DNA of 64,000 bases from positions 191,754,315 to 191,818,314 of the forward strand of contig NC_068981.1 of the NCBI RefSeq assembly GCF_001194135.2, read 5' to 3'. The stretch is from Octopus bimaculoides. Its lineage: Eukaryota. Of this stretch, positions 12,440 through 25,877 are shown in pieces. The notes beneath the pieces are model-generated. The model saw only the letters and a list, made by a program, of their open reading frames with translations, was not told the origin of the DNA and ran no database searches. Numbering within the stretch: position 1 is the first letter of the stretch; every line of letters begins with the position of its first letter. The translations under genes and the position numbers were made by a program.

Positions 12440-13830
12440 TCGTCTCTGTCAGGCTTAGGGTCCTGAAGTCTTCCTTAACCACTTCATCCCATGGGTCTCC
12501 CTCTTCCACAAGTTCTGGCTACCTTTAGCAATCAGTGCATCCTTATTCAGCTGTGCTTGTCCATATGCATCACATGTCCGTACCAACACAGTCTTCTTTC
12601 TTGCACACAACATCTGATCCCTCTGATGTCCAGTTTTCACTCAGCATATTTGTATTTATTCTTTCTTGTCCATTCACATTACACATCCATCAGAATGTGC
12701 TTGCCACATTTCTTTCTAGTCTTCTCAAGTCCTCTGCATTCATACAGTCTGTCCTTCCCTCTTAGGGGAAAAAAAAAATCTTTGTTTGCAGAGGTAGTAG
12801 TTCTCTGAACTCTATCCAACCAGTCCTCACTCTAACTACTATATTTTCAGAGCAGTCACCTCCCTTGCTAATTACACCTCCTATGTAACAAAATCTATTA
12901 GCTACTTCAGTGAGCCATCTGGACATTTAAGAGACTCAATTACTGCTGTGTTTGTACAAACTACTCCTTGTGTCTACCTCATATGAAATTTATATTTTTG
13001 GATAGTCTGCCAAGATTCCATCACATCTCTTGTATGTCCATAGCTTACATTGAGTACAGTGTATGGAGTTTATATCTACTCCTTTTCTGCATATCAAGAG
13101 AGGCCATTTCCTTGAAGGTACCAGGATCCTGTCTTTTTTTTCATTTACTAAAACCTACGTTTTTACTAAGTTTACCGTAAGGCCTTTCAATTCCAGGTTT
13201 AGTTTCCATGCCTGGAATTTCTTTAATTCCCTTATGGATTCAGCTTTGAGAACTAGATCATCAGCATATAGGAATAACCTCCACTGTGATGGCTTGTAGG
13301 ACTATGTTGTACACAGCTTGAACCACCTGCACAAGCCATTTATCTACTTTTTTTCGTCGGTGACTACTGGATTACTGAATATGGTACCCTGTCAATTGCT
13401 TCCTCCAAATCAATGAAAACCCAGGTATAGTACTTTATTCATAGCCAGGTATTGCACTAGGAAGATTGCATCTGTGGTGCCTCTTCCAGGGACAAAGTCA
13501 AACTGCATTTCATCCATGTCTACTCTACCAAGGATCATTTGGGCTATGACTTTCTCCATGACTTTCACAACTTGATTTAGAAGTTTGATTCCCCTATCGT
13601 TGCTTCTCTCTATGGCATTATCTTTGCCTTTATCGCAATTTTTGATGATATTACTATGTCAGTCATTGGGTACGACACTCTCCTGAATGACTTGATCAAC
13701 TATCCAGGTGATAATCTTGAATCTCACTTTCCAGTTATTTTAAACATGTTTATAACTATCACCAGTGGACCCTCAGCCTTCCCTCTCTTCGACCACAACA
13801 TTCAAATTTTTTTCTCTGTGTTTTTCTCCT
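12440..13830 (-). mobile_element. Decayed RTE-clade LINE reverse-transcriptase remnant
   Basis: The minus strand gives RGIKLLNQVVKVMEKVIAQ..DEMQFDFVPGRGTTDAIFLV, a YADD motif near 13260 and a C-terminal GRP/RKTW-like region, with stops and frameshifts. Confidence 0.85.
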
Positions 13831-15811
13831 TGTTTTTCTCCTTATTCTTTCTGTTGAAGAGCGTAGCTCAAAATGTTAAAAGACTTTCTCTATTCCTGAG
13901 CGTTAAACTAATACATCCTTTTGTTGTTTACACCACCTGTCCTCGTCTGTTGTTGTTTTTTTCGTAAATTCTCCCATATATATATATAAAGAAAAATGAC
14001 CTATAATAATCAAGCAATAATAAATTTATATCTAATGGAACAGAGTATTAGGGAACATAAATATGAAAAAGAAAAAACGTACTTTTCATTAACTGTTTAG
14101 AAGAAATGAAGTAAAGAATATTATAATGCTTCTGTTTTAAATGGTTGAACCAACTTTAAAATGCATTAATGCTTAGCAACATGAATCTTCTATTCAGATA
14201 TTAGACCTTTTAGTGACTGTTGTTCATATACCACTCCAGCATTCTAGATTATTGGCACAAAATAGATGTAAGCCTATTTTCTTGTTGCAATCTAACTTAA
14301 TTTATGTAATTATAATTCTGTGTGCACCATTGTGCTTTATATCCATTCTTAGTTCTATTATGATTTCTTCTGTTGTGACTGTTACATGTCTAATCAAGAC
14401 ATAGCTTTCATCCTATACAGAGCTTTCTTGAAAACAAAAGAGAACTCTCTTTGTATATCATACTACAATAATGACCAATGTTGGTTGCAATTAATTCTAG
14501 TGTTGTGTTCTAGATACAGTCTAGACCCCATTCATATAGGAACATAGATCAAAGTAGTTCTTATGAAGTATGCCACTGCCACCACTATTATGACAGTCAT
14601 CATCCTTATCATCATTGTCATTGTCATCATGTTATTATTGCTGTCCTCATTCTATGTCCTCACTCATCATTGTCAGCAGGTGGACATATTAAAAAGTGTC
14701 TCTGTACATAAAGTTCAAGGAAAAATAAAAAAAGTACACTAGTGAGTCATAGACTGTCTGCTGACATCAGGTGTCATATACCACACTCTTAACCACTGTC
14801 AGTATTACCTCCTCCACTTCTGCCTGTCTATGAGAATTGCAGATCTCTATTCAGATAGCTATATAAAACACATCATGGATTTAATGGTCTAGTTATGTGT
14901 GTCTTACACTTCACACACACTATGTGGAAAATAAAATGGTATATTTTAGAAGTGATTATATTTGAAAGAAATTTGTGGCCTGTATATTGCTTTTATTTTT
15001 ATTATAAAGATAAAATATTTTTGTCAAGCGTGCAATGTCAGGTTTTTCAAGTGAAGAAAATAATGGAAAGTATATATTTGTCCATAAGTTATTTTAGAAT
15101 TATTGCCCATGCCCCTGTGTTGAGTATATGTCTAGCTGTGTAGTTAAGTTCACTTTGCAACCTCCTAGTTCTGGGCTCAGCATCAAGAAGTGCATTGCGC
15201 TGGAGACAATGCCCTCAGCACACTCTTTTGGTAATAGGGAGAGTGCAGGCATCAGTCTTAGAACTGAAGCCAAAAATGACATTGTACAAGCACCAGTTCT
15301 GGAGATCTGTAGCTTTCAATACAAAATGACATAGATCATGATGATTTGTCTAACCTATGCCAGCATGGAAAGCAGACATAAAATGATGATATGTTTGGAA
15401 ATAATTGTAAATACATGATTTTAAAAAAATAATTACTTGTTTCTAGAAATATACAACATTAGTTACTAAAAGTTACTTTAAATATAGAATAGTGAGACCT
15501 GTTGTTGTTTAACTCCAGATCAATTCTCAACAGTAGGCTTATGACGAAAGGTGTTCTAGTATTGACCATCCTAACTCTTAGTATGTATATCTGGAACTAC
15601 ATTGTTCTGTGTAACCTTCATTTAAAATGGTGTTGGAGAGTGCTCTGAGGATAATTTGGCTACTATACTTAGTGACTACACAAGAATGCCTTTGATATTT
15701 GATATGGTTGGTCATGTGTTTCAGAAGCTTGGCATCAGATTTGAATTTAATGTTATTTCTATTGCATATGAAATTAAATAAAACCTCTACAGGAATATAT
15801 AATTATTGATT

Positions 15812-16013
15812 TAAAATTTTGGCACAAGGCCAGCAAGTTTTGGGAAGAGGTTAAGTCAATTACATTGACCGCAGTTCTCAACTGGTACTTATTTTATTGA
15901 CCCGGGAAGGATGAAAAGCAAAGTCAAGCTTGGCAGAATTTGAACTCAGAACGTTAAGATGGATGAAATGCCACTAAGCATTTTGCCCACTGTGCTAATG
16001 ATTCTGCCAGGTC
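15812..16013 (-). mobile_element. tRNA-derived SINE, family A, with 23-bp target-site duplication
   Basis: Minus-strand A-box-like tggcagaatcattagc and B-box-like gagttcaaattc. Flanks acaggaata(t/c)ataattattgatt at 15789-15811 and 16014-16036. Confidence 0.85.
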
Positions 16014-16372
16014 ACAGGAATACATAATTATTGATTAGTTATAACCAGTTAGAAATTTCCTAAACCAAAGAAAATTATTTCTTTTTGTATTTTCATACAG
16101 TACCTAAAAGTCTTAAAATTGAAGGACTATCTATCAATGATGATGTTGATTATTCATATATGTGTGTGTATGTATGTATGATCTTGGAAATTTAAGGACT
16201 GAATTTTGAAAAAATTCATAAACCTATGAATTGTGATGCTGCAGTGTGAAAAATTCAACTGTTGTGTCTCATAGCTTCTGTTTAGAGGCTGAGGCTGTTG
16301 CTATGTGAACTAAAATGTCACTTGATTGTAGTCCAAATGTGTCAACTGTAATTTATATAGTCATAACCATTG

Positions 16373-16393
16373 ATGTGCTGTTGCTCAGCTGAG
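16373..16393 (+). CDS. CDK14: Candidate alternative first coding exon of the CDK14-like gene (MCCCSAE, phase 0)
   Basis: ATG TGC TGT TGC TCA GCT GAG|gtaagt is a consensus donor. In-frame TAA three codons upstream. Phase matches the 20035 micro-exon. Confidence 0.5.
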
Positions 16394-17519
16394 GTAAGTG
16401 AAGTTAGTTAATAGTGTTTTATTGACTGTGCTGCAGTTTGAATGATTAAATTACAGGAGTAAGTTTCATTGCACTTACTGTACCACTTTATTACCACAAC
16501 ATTCATTACTGATTAATGAATTTGAGCTCAAAGGAATTATCTCTAGAGCTTACAACTTCACATTTCTAATTAATATATAGGTATGTATGTACATATATAT
16601 TAGAGAGAGAGCTGTTTGACATTTTAATCGTTTCGATACATGAAATAGTATAGTTTGATCAGTTACACATTTTCATAGTTGTTAACTAATATTTATTTTA
16701 GTAGATTCAATAAACCTTTATCCTTATTAAATTCTCTGTCACGATAGTCTTTGCTAATTATCACAGTTCTTAAGTAATAACTCTGTCTTTGGATTTAGCA
16801 ATGTGTTAGGAATCTGGAATTTTATATACCATGATCAAATCAGAAAGTAGTTCTCCAATACAATTTGCAATCATTCCAAGGCCAAAGTACAGATGAACTA
16901 TTTAAGACATGCCACATTTGGTTTTAATATAATGGAGATGTTTGCTTTTCAGTGAAGATTTTTTTATATCTCATGGTGTAGTAAGAGCATGACAGCCACA
17001 AATTTGACCTTTTCCAGCACCTTTGAGACTGGTGGAGGAAAGTGAGGCATAAAACATGACTCAGATGCTTGCATCTAAAGGCCAAGCGTTAGTATTACAC
17101 TGAAGGATAGAAAAAAGTCTACTACTAAAGTCCATCTGATAGTTCCCAGTAGAATTTCTACCTTCTCAATTCCACTTACAAGGCTTGCATCAACCCAAGG
17201 CTACAAAAGAAGGTACATGGTCAAGGTACCATATTGTGCATTGAATTCAGAACCACATGATGGAAGACCTTAACTGCATAGTCATGTCTTAGATGATTGA
17301 AAAAGAATAGCCCTAATAAGTTTTTAAATCTCTTTCCTGCCTCCTTATGCTCTTTCATTTTAGCATAAGTTACATGAATATATTATTGAGGCATTGTTTT
17401 ACTTTTCAAGTAATGGAGATCCCTTATTCCACACATCAACAAAGGTGCAAAGCCAGTGGATGAGCCACTAGCACTAGAAATGACAGCAATGTAATTGGCA
17501 TTTAGGAGAACTGCAAAGA

Positions 17520-17537
17520 CTCACACACACACACACA

Positions 17538-17624
<87 letters not shown>

Positions 17625-17628
17625 ATAT

Positions 17629-17672
<44 letters not shown>
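17520..17672. repeat. Compound (CA)n/(GCAC)n/(GT)n/(GA)n microsatellite
   Basis: Direct reading. Confidence 0.95.
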
Positions 17673-18046
17673 AAGACTTCTTTGTGTTTCTCTACCTAAT
17701 CCTCTCAAAATGCTTTGGTAAGCCCAAGGCTATAGTACAAGATACTTGTCCAAGGTGCTGTGCAGTGAGAATGAACTTTTAAACCACACACCCATACTTA
17801 TGCATTTTTTAAAGGCTATCTGATACCTTTTAATGCTTGTCTACATGATTACTGATACCATATTAGCATTTCCAAAACTTCTTTCTAATTGAACATTAGT
17901 TTGAATGGATATTGGTATAAAAGAAAAATATTTTTCTTTGTCAAACATGAAGTTTTAAATTTAAGTTTTATTTTCCTTTAAAGAAGAATGGCTTCTTAAA
18001 TTGGCAACAAATATTTAGAGTAGTGGAGGTTTTGATTCCCCGTGTG

Positions 18047-18281
18047 TTATCATCATTTTAACTTCCATTTTTCTATGCTTGCATGGGTCAGATAGAATTC
18101 ATTGAAGTATATTTTCTATAGCTGGATGTCGTTCCTGTAGCTAACCCTCACTTGTTTCCAAGCAAGATATTTCCCCATGGCCAGATGTTTTCACTATATT
18201 GAAAATATGTGATACTGCTTCTATGATGGTGACGATCATTTTACAAATATGATGTCAGGACAAGGAGATGTAAATGCATGT

Positions 18282-18316
<35 letters not shown>
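18047..18316 (-). mobile_element. SINE family C, 3' half (RTE-type tail)
   Basis: atcatcattttaac...gcatgggtcagatagaattc...(CA)n. Homologous to 60225-60598. Confidence 0.75.
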
Positions 18317-18319
<3 letters not shown>

Positions 18320-18355
18320 AGTGAGATTTAAACTCCTTATAGAAAGACTACTTGG

Positions 18356-18733
18356 CACAGGCATGGCTGTGTGGTAAGAAATTTGCTTCCCAACCACGTG
18401 GTTTCAGGTTCAGTCCCACTGCATGATACCTTAGGCAAGTGTCTTCTACTATAGCCTTGGGCAAACCAAACCTTGTGAGTGGATTTGGTAGACAGAAACT
18501 GAAAGTCCATTGCTTGTCTTTTTGTGTCTGTGTTTGTCCCCCCACCTTCACTTGACAGCCAGTGTTGGCTTGTTTAGATACCTGTAACTTAGCAGTTTGG
18601 CAAAAAAGAGACTGATAGAATAAATGCCAGGCTTTAAAAAAAAAATCCTGAGATTAATTCCGAGTAAAAAAATTCTTCAAGGCAGTGCCCCAGTATGGCT
18701 ACAGTTTAATGATTGAAACAAGTAAAAGATAAC
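18356..18733 (+). mobile_element. tRNA-derived SINE family B, near full length
   Basis: Head ggctgtgtggtaagaa...ggttcagtccc, core ggcaagtgtcttctactatagcc, tail gaaacaagtaaaaga. Confidence 0.85.
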
Positions 18734-20034
18734 TAAATAGCTTAGAATCAATTGTTCTCTACTATCTGGAAACAAGTATAGCTATCACTTGTATGCAAAT
18801 ATAACCTGATGGTTTGTACCATGCTTTTATTAATGGTTTTAGGTGCCGATGTAGTCATGAACAGATATAGCTACCTTGGTCTTCCCACCTTTGACAAAGT
18901 GGAACATCTAGGATGTGACAGCTGGAGGGAGATAGAGCTACACCAGCACTCTACTGAGTAGACTGGAGCAACATGAAATGGAGTGAGTGCCTTGCTCAAG
19001 GACACACTGTGTTGCCTGGCTCAGGAATTGAACTCCTGACCTTATGATTGAGCCCAACACCTTGACTACTATCTACCATTTTTTTAAAAGAATAATTGCA
19101 CATAATCCAACTTGTATTATTGATGTCCAGTGGATCAATATTTATTTCAATGGTGAACATCTGAGATGTATAATGACTGAACTGCTTTCGAATTGTTAGT
19201 TACATAACTTACCTTTAAATCATATTAGGCAGATACAATTCTTATTCCCAGAACATGAATACTGGGGCACTGCCTTGAAGAATTTTTTACTCAAATTAAT
19301 CTCAGGATTTTTTTTTTAAAGCCTAGTATTTATTCTCTGTCTCTTTTTGCCAAACTACAATAACTGAAAATTCTTTACATTTCCACTAGTGTCGTTACTG
19401 ATATGTACACCACTATTGACATTTGCATAGGTGCACATGTTGTAATTGGCACAAATATATTAATTTTCTTAATGAAAAGTGTTTTAATTTAAAATCAAAT
19501 TTATATTGAATTTATTTGACAATTAAGAAAAGCTCAGTCACTAAATAATGATTAGCATCTAAATGCTACTCAACAATCATTAATAAATTCCTGGGTAAAA
19601 AAAAAAAAGAATGAAAATTAAATAATATAGTTGCAGTTATTGAATTTGTTGTAAAATAACTGATTCAGCTGGAAAGAATTCAATGTTTAAAAGTTCATTG
19701 ATGACAAACCCACTGGTTGAAAGTTAACTAAAAAGGCAAAGATATTGTAGCAATGGGGGTATGTGACACATTGTCTCAACTGACTATGCATACCAACTCC
19801 TTATAACATTGAAGGGAGAGGATACTCATAGTTTTTCCAGGGCTCCTCACCACTGAATAGTATGACACATTTTCGAATGAATGAATGTTAATTCTCCCCT
19901 CCCCCCACTTCTGTCGTTTACCACATTTCTGTCACTAACACTTTTGATATTTGTCACTGCTTCTCCCTGCAGTTACTGCTAAATTATTTTCTCTTTGAAT
20001 ATATTTTGAACTATAAATTATTTTTCTCTGTTAG

Positions 20035-20050
20035 GAGATACAGATAAAAG
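20035..20050 (+). CDS. CDK14: CDK14-like kinase, 16-nt micro-exon (EIQIK + G; phase 0 to phase 1)
   Basis: Strong acceptor atttttctctgttag|G and donor AAG|gtaaat. The terminal G plus CT of exon 50378 gives GCT (Ala) in the correct frame. Confidence 0.7.
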
Positions 20051-22377
20051 GTAAATTTTGAAAAGTTGTATTTTATTTTGATAGCAAATATTACTGTGTC
20101 TCACCTTTTGAAACCATTGACTCACAACTGATAATAAGGTTTATAAGTTTGTAATTATGCAATCTGGAAAGTTTGATATCAATACCAGGATGTACACAAC
20201 ATTACTTCGAGGTAGGTTTTCAAATCAGTAGTCCAAATAGCTATTCAAATTTGTTTCATTATATCCCAGTTTTCATATTCTTTCTATTTCATGTATTTGG
20301 TAATATTAGTTTCTTTTTATTCCGAGAATTTCTTGGTTACTTTCAATCTAAAAGGAATTATTTTTAATGAATTAAAAAAAAAAAGAACAAACCAGTGATG
20401 AAAACAAAATTTCTAATGTGGTTGTTATGTATAAATAATTTTTTCTGTTACTGTATTAAGAAAGAATACTAATTGTACATAGAAGTAATTTGATATTAAA
20501 TATCTATTTAGTACTTTTCATTATTCACTAAATTGTTAATGTGATCATTTTGGATCTGGGTATCATAATTATTTTGGTTCTATATTTTATGAACCCATTT
20601 AAAGAGTACATTGTACTTAGATTACCAAAAGTTTTTTTTTAAATGTTCAAAAACAAAAAACTTTGCCATTATATATTTTCTTACATTTTACCTGTAAGTT
20701 TATTTTGAGAAAAACAAAGGTGGAAGATATGAAAATACAGATTTCTCTTGCAATTCATTTGTTTCTATATATGAGCAAACAATCTGATAACAAATAGATA
20801 TTATCTTTAGTTTCACAGATAAAATAAATCAGAATTCATGGAAAACATTGCATTATCATTATGTATAATTTGTATGCAAAATAAAACTAATGATGATTTT
20901 GAGTTATTTAAAGCATATGTAATGAAATTCTAAGTTAGTCATGTTTAGTATATAAGAAAAAATTACCTGAGCCACAAAAAAAAAAATTGGCCCAGTACAT
21001 CCTATAAAGTGGTTGATGTTAGGAAGAGCTTGACATAGTTGTCTGGTTGTTGTCAACCCATCTAACCCATGCCAGCTTAGTGGATAGATGTTAAATGAGG
21101 ACAATGCTAATGTTAGATGATCCTGGGTTTGATCCGACTGTGCTGCACTTTGTGTAAGTGTCTTCCATTATATAGCGTCAAGTTGATCAGTACCTTCTGT
21201 GGAAGTCGGCAGCTAGAAACTGTGCAGGAGCTCTGTGTGTGTGTGCATGCGTGCATGTGCCCTTGTCCTCTCACGAAGCAGTTTGCAATAAAATAAGTAC
21301 CAAACTGAAATAAGCTGTAGGATTGTTATGATTGGCTAAAACCTTGTACCCCAATATAGCAAAAGAAAATATAATGATATGATTGTTTTAAAGATAATTA
21401 CTGCTTTGTTAGTTTCTGAAAAAAAAAAGAAATTAAATTTGGAAGATTTATTTAAATGATCTCTGTTAGTCTGAATAGAGGGCCACCCATTATGTGGTGG
21501 TAAGTTCTTGTTGGATTAACTAGAATATTTTTGTCTAGTCTTGATATTTCAAAGAAAAGCATTAATATCAGAATTAACAATGCTCTTTTTTTTTCTCTCA
21601 TAACTCACAGGCTCACTGACTAATTTAGAAATCAATAGTCATTTATCTTGATTAATAAAATATAAAAAAAGCAACTTTTAAAATGAAAATAATGTGATGT
21701 TAATTTTGAAAAATTATCCAATGTTAATTTTTAACATGTTCTAAAGGAGATATTCACCACAAGTGCAACTTTTCCTATGATAATATGAGAAATGGATGTA
21801 ATAAGATATAATTCCCTTGTAAGTCATGATGGCTCACTTAGAGCAGAAGGGAGTGTGGGGATAGAGTGAATGAAATTGGTGTCATTTTATGTGAAACTTG
21901 AAAATGTGAGTGGTGAAACTGTATGACAATAGGGAGGTTGTATTAAACTGGGGCAGTTCTCTGAATGTAGAGATTTGTGCTTGTAATATTTCATGTAGGG
22001 CTTAAGAAGACAGACATTCAGATACACATGAACATGTACTTAGACGCCACACACACACACACACACACGCACGCACAAATGATAAAGAGGGAAACAGACT
22101 CTTTTCAAAGGGTGTGTATGACATGTTTAGAAAAATAAGTTGTTTGCAAATATTCTACAGATTGTTTTTCTGCTTTCTCATAGTCATTATCATCAGCAAT
22201 TAATCAATTAATTTAATCTTAATTATTCTTACTGTTACACAATTCTCACAGTAAGCAAAGATAGAATTGTAAATATTTATAAATATTTTACATTAGTTAT
22301 TGAAATATTAATCAATATTGCAATAAATAAAATTTCTCTCTCTCTTTGGCCATGATGAAATAGGTTGAACATGCATA

Positions 22378-22760
22378 TATATCATCATCGTTTAACATCC
22401 GTTTTCCATGCTGGCATGGGTTGGACAGTTTGACTGAGGTCTGGAGAGCTGGCGGCTGCATCAGGCTCCAATCTGATCTGGCAATGTTTCTACAGTTGGA
22501 TGCCCTTCCTAACGCCAAATACTCCGAGAGTGTAGTAGGTGCTTTTTATGTGCCACCAGCACAGGAGCCAGTCAGGTGGGCTGGGCATCAATCATGTTCA
22601 GATAGTGCTTTTTATGTGCCACCAGCATGGGAGCTAGTCAGCGGGTACTGATGTCGGCCATGTTCAGCTGGTGCCTTATGGGAGCCAGTCAGGGGTACTG
22701 GCATCGATCACATTCAGATAGTGCTTTTTACATGCCACCGGCACAGGAGCTAGTCATGTA
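22378..22760 (-). mobile_element. RTE 3' UTR with three tandem internal units
   Basis: atcatcatcgtttaacatccgttttccatgctggcatggg tail. Repeated gtgctttttatgtgccaccagca units. Confidence 0.8.
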
Positions 22761-24053
22761 TATGTGTGTGTGTGTGTGAACTGTAAGTTTATTTCATGAC
22801 TTGAGTTTTGCATCACTCATATTCAACATACATATATCAAGCATTCTTCTCTCTCATTCATCTGACATCAATCATTGTGTGTGTGTAAATGCAAGGGCAG
22901 CTGAGTGATTGAGAATTTTGCTGTGTAACCATGAGGTCTTGCATTCAATGCCACTGTATGGTATTTTGGGCAAGTGTCTTTTACCAGAGCTCAGTCAGTT
23001 TAAAGCCTTCCTAGTAACATTGTGTCAACAAAAATTGTGGAAGCCTTTCTGAAGGATTGTATCAACCTTGTCGCACATTCTCACAGTAATTCTGTCTGAG
23101 TATTATGTGAAAGGCAAATGTCTGTCAAATACTCAGCCACCTGTACTATTATACAATGTGTAGGCACTTCAGTTGTTTGAACATCTGGAGTATTTGTTGA
23201 AACCAGCAAAGGACCGTTTTACATTTTCTAAACACACACACACACATTCAGTCTCTTGTACAGGGTAATTTAAAAGTCCCTTTAGCATTGAAACGATATA
23301 TAAATTTTGATTTTCCTTTTGTTACAATTTTGATGTCAATATTTTTTGATGGAGTTCACCAACGATTGTTTCTCAGCCTCCTCTTGTTTACCATGGTCCT
23401 CCAAGCCATAGTCCAGTGCTTGTATGTTTCATTTGGCTCAGGCTTTACAGCTGGATGCTCTTTCTATCACCAACCACTTTATGAAGTGTACGGGACGCAT
23501 TTTCTTTTTACTCCAGTACTGGTGACTTGGAATAGTCCTCAGTGAATCAGGACTGTTGGGACCTTACAGCTCCTTGCTTTCTCTGCTCATCTACCAACAA
23601 CTGTACAGGGTGCATCTTTCATGGCATCAGCACTAGAGAGGTTCTGATGATCACTCGTTCCTCTAAATGTGATATGATTTGGTTGCTTTCAGTTGTGTCA
23701 CCAGCACTAGTGATAGGATGATAGGTGCCTTGAAAGGGTTCAGATTGTGTCCCTCTAACAGCATGCCTCCATTTGGAAATCTTTTCCATTAGTGTCTACT
23801 TACAAATTAGTAGCAGTCCTCAAATCAAAAGTAGTGTATTGATTTACTCTGGGGCCAGAAACAACTTAAACTTTACTTCCCCCAAAGTCCAAGTAGTTTT
23901 GAATGTATCCAGTGTTGTTAATGTTTTCTGTAGCCATATGTTTCTAAGATTTGTAGCATATTGATTAAATATTTTCTTAAAGTTTAACAGTTATTATACA
24001 TCATTATTTAATCCTTTACTAGTTCAGTTACCTACACTGGAACATCACATCAT

Positions 24054-24436
24054 TTATTATCTCTGCCTTAGTGAAGGCGGAGGTATTGTTTTCAGTTGTG
24101 CTTGTTTGTTTTGTTTGTTTGTTTGTTTGTGGACAAGATATCTCAAGAACTGCTGGATGGATTCAGATGAAAATTTCAGGGATGTTTGGCCTCGTGACTG
24201 GCATGAACTCATTAGATTTTGGGGTTGATCTTGTATCAGACAAGGATTCTGGATTATTTTTCCTGTTTTTTTACTTAATTTTTGAGAGCGGTTGGATTCA
24301 TTTTCAGTATTCTCATTTGTGAGAGCAGTTGAGTTTATTTCAGATATTCTCATTTAAAAAACCATCTCTGGCTTATCATTGAGAGGATGTTGGTGTTGCC
24401 TTGGCAAAGGTTTACACTCTCTGAATGTTCTTGGTT
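24054..24436 (+). mobile_element. Helentron-associated (HINE/DINE-1-like) non-autonomous element
   Basis: 5' hairpin ctctgcctt-agtg-aaggcggag, (GTTT)n core, and 3' ccttggcaaaggtttacactctctgaatgttcttggtt with the sub-terminal inverted repeat typical of HINEs. Confidence 0.65.
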
Positions 24437-25801
24437 ACATTTGTTATAATCTAGATTAGATTTTATGACCCAATATGAAGATAACAGAAATGATCTTGAA
24501 AATACTATGTTTAATAAAATATAAATATTTTAATGTGAATCCCAAAATAATTGATCTTTTTGTCAATAGTGCAAAAATATAAAAATCTATAATTGAGGTA
24601 ATTTCCTTAGAAATATTAATATTGGACAAACTGCTTCCAGAAATTCTAATTGGAATTAGGTTTGTTTTGACTATGTGCTGGCGTTCAAGAATTCTTTTTA
24701 ATATAACTCGAGTGTTGCAAAGTAATTTGAATTAAAAAGTCAGACAATTTATACAACTTCCAATGTTCTGTTACATATTTTTTAAATACAGTTATTAGAG
24801 ATCAGCTAAGTCTACATGGATTTTTCTAAATCTTATTGAGGAAATAATTACAGATGCATTATATGGATAAAAACTCATTAGTTTATGGCCTGTTTCATTT
24901 GGATGTTTGAATAACATTCTGAAATTCTACGTATGTTACATATACTTACACACTTGTCATATAGAACATATTACTGGTGTATGATTTACATAAGATTACA
25001 AAACACTGAAAACAATTTAAATAGTAGTAGGAATATAAAAATCTTGTTTGTAATGCTGGACTAATAGATTTGGGTGCAACCATGTCTGGCTATATGTAGA
25101 CATATGAAAGGTAATTCTTTCTTTCAGTTTTTTCTTCTTTTTTCTTTTTTAAGAATGGAATATATGATGTGAGATGGGGCAGTGTATTGATTTCTAACAC
25201 ATTGCAAGTTAAGAAATAAAAAATTTTCTCATAAATGTAAAATATTTAAGGAAATTGGTATGAGGAATGAATGCCAACTATATAGTATGAAAGTATTTTT
25301 TTTATAGGGGTGATATATAGCTGAAGCGTTAAAAGTGGATTCTTTTGACTTGTATCTATGAAGTGAAATAGTTTTTTCTATTTTCAAGTGGCATCTATTA
25401 TCAGACATGGTTACTTTGACATAATTGTACAGAGCTAAAGAGAGCTAAAGTGAGAAAAGACAAAAAACAAAACAAAAAACAAAAATTACTAAGATGGTCT
25501 AGCTAAGTGCCAGACAACTAATTTATAACTTTGACAGTGAGATAGAGATAAGTTTATTTTTGGGGGGGCAAACCCAGCTGGAAAATGCATTTCATTCATA
25601 CATTTTTAGAAATTATATACCCACAATCTTTTTTTTATATTTTTCTGGGGAATTAAGATGTTTTGCATTTTTAAACTGTTTTAGACACATTTTTTTCTTT
25701 GCTAGCATGGGTGAGATGTTTCTTTCCTTTAAATTTGGATAGCTGCCTGTTTGAACTTGAATTTTTTTTTTTAATAACTAGATGTTACAATAATTGAAAG
25801 G

Positions 25802-25858
25802 TTAAGGTGTTCTGTATATCTTTACATATTAAGGTGTTCTGTATATCTTTACATATTA
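25802..25858. repeat. Perfect 27-bp tandem duplication
   Basis: ttaaggtgttctgtatatctttacata x2. Confidence 0.95.
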
Positions 25859-25877
25859 CCAATTTTTAATCATTGTA

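Noticed and set aside
16101-16190. Acceptor ttttcatacag followed by PKSLKIEGLSINDDVDY
   Set aside because: No credible donor outside a (GT/GTAT) microsatellite, and the phase does not fit the upstream phase-0 donor.
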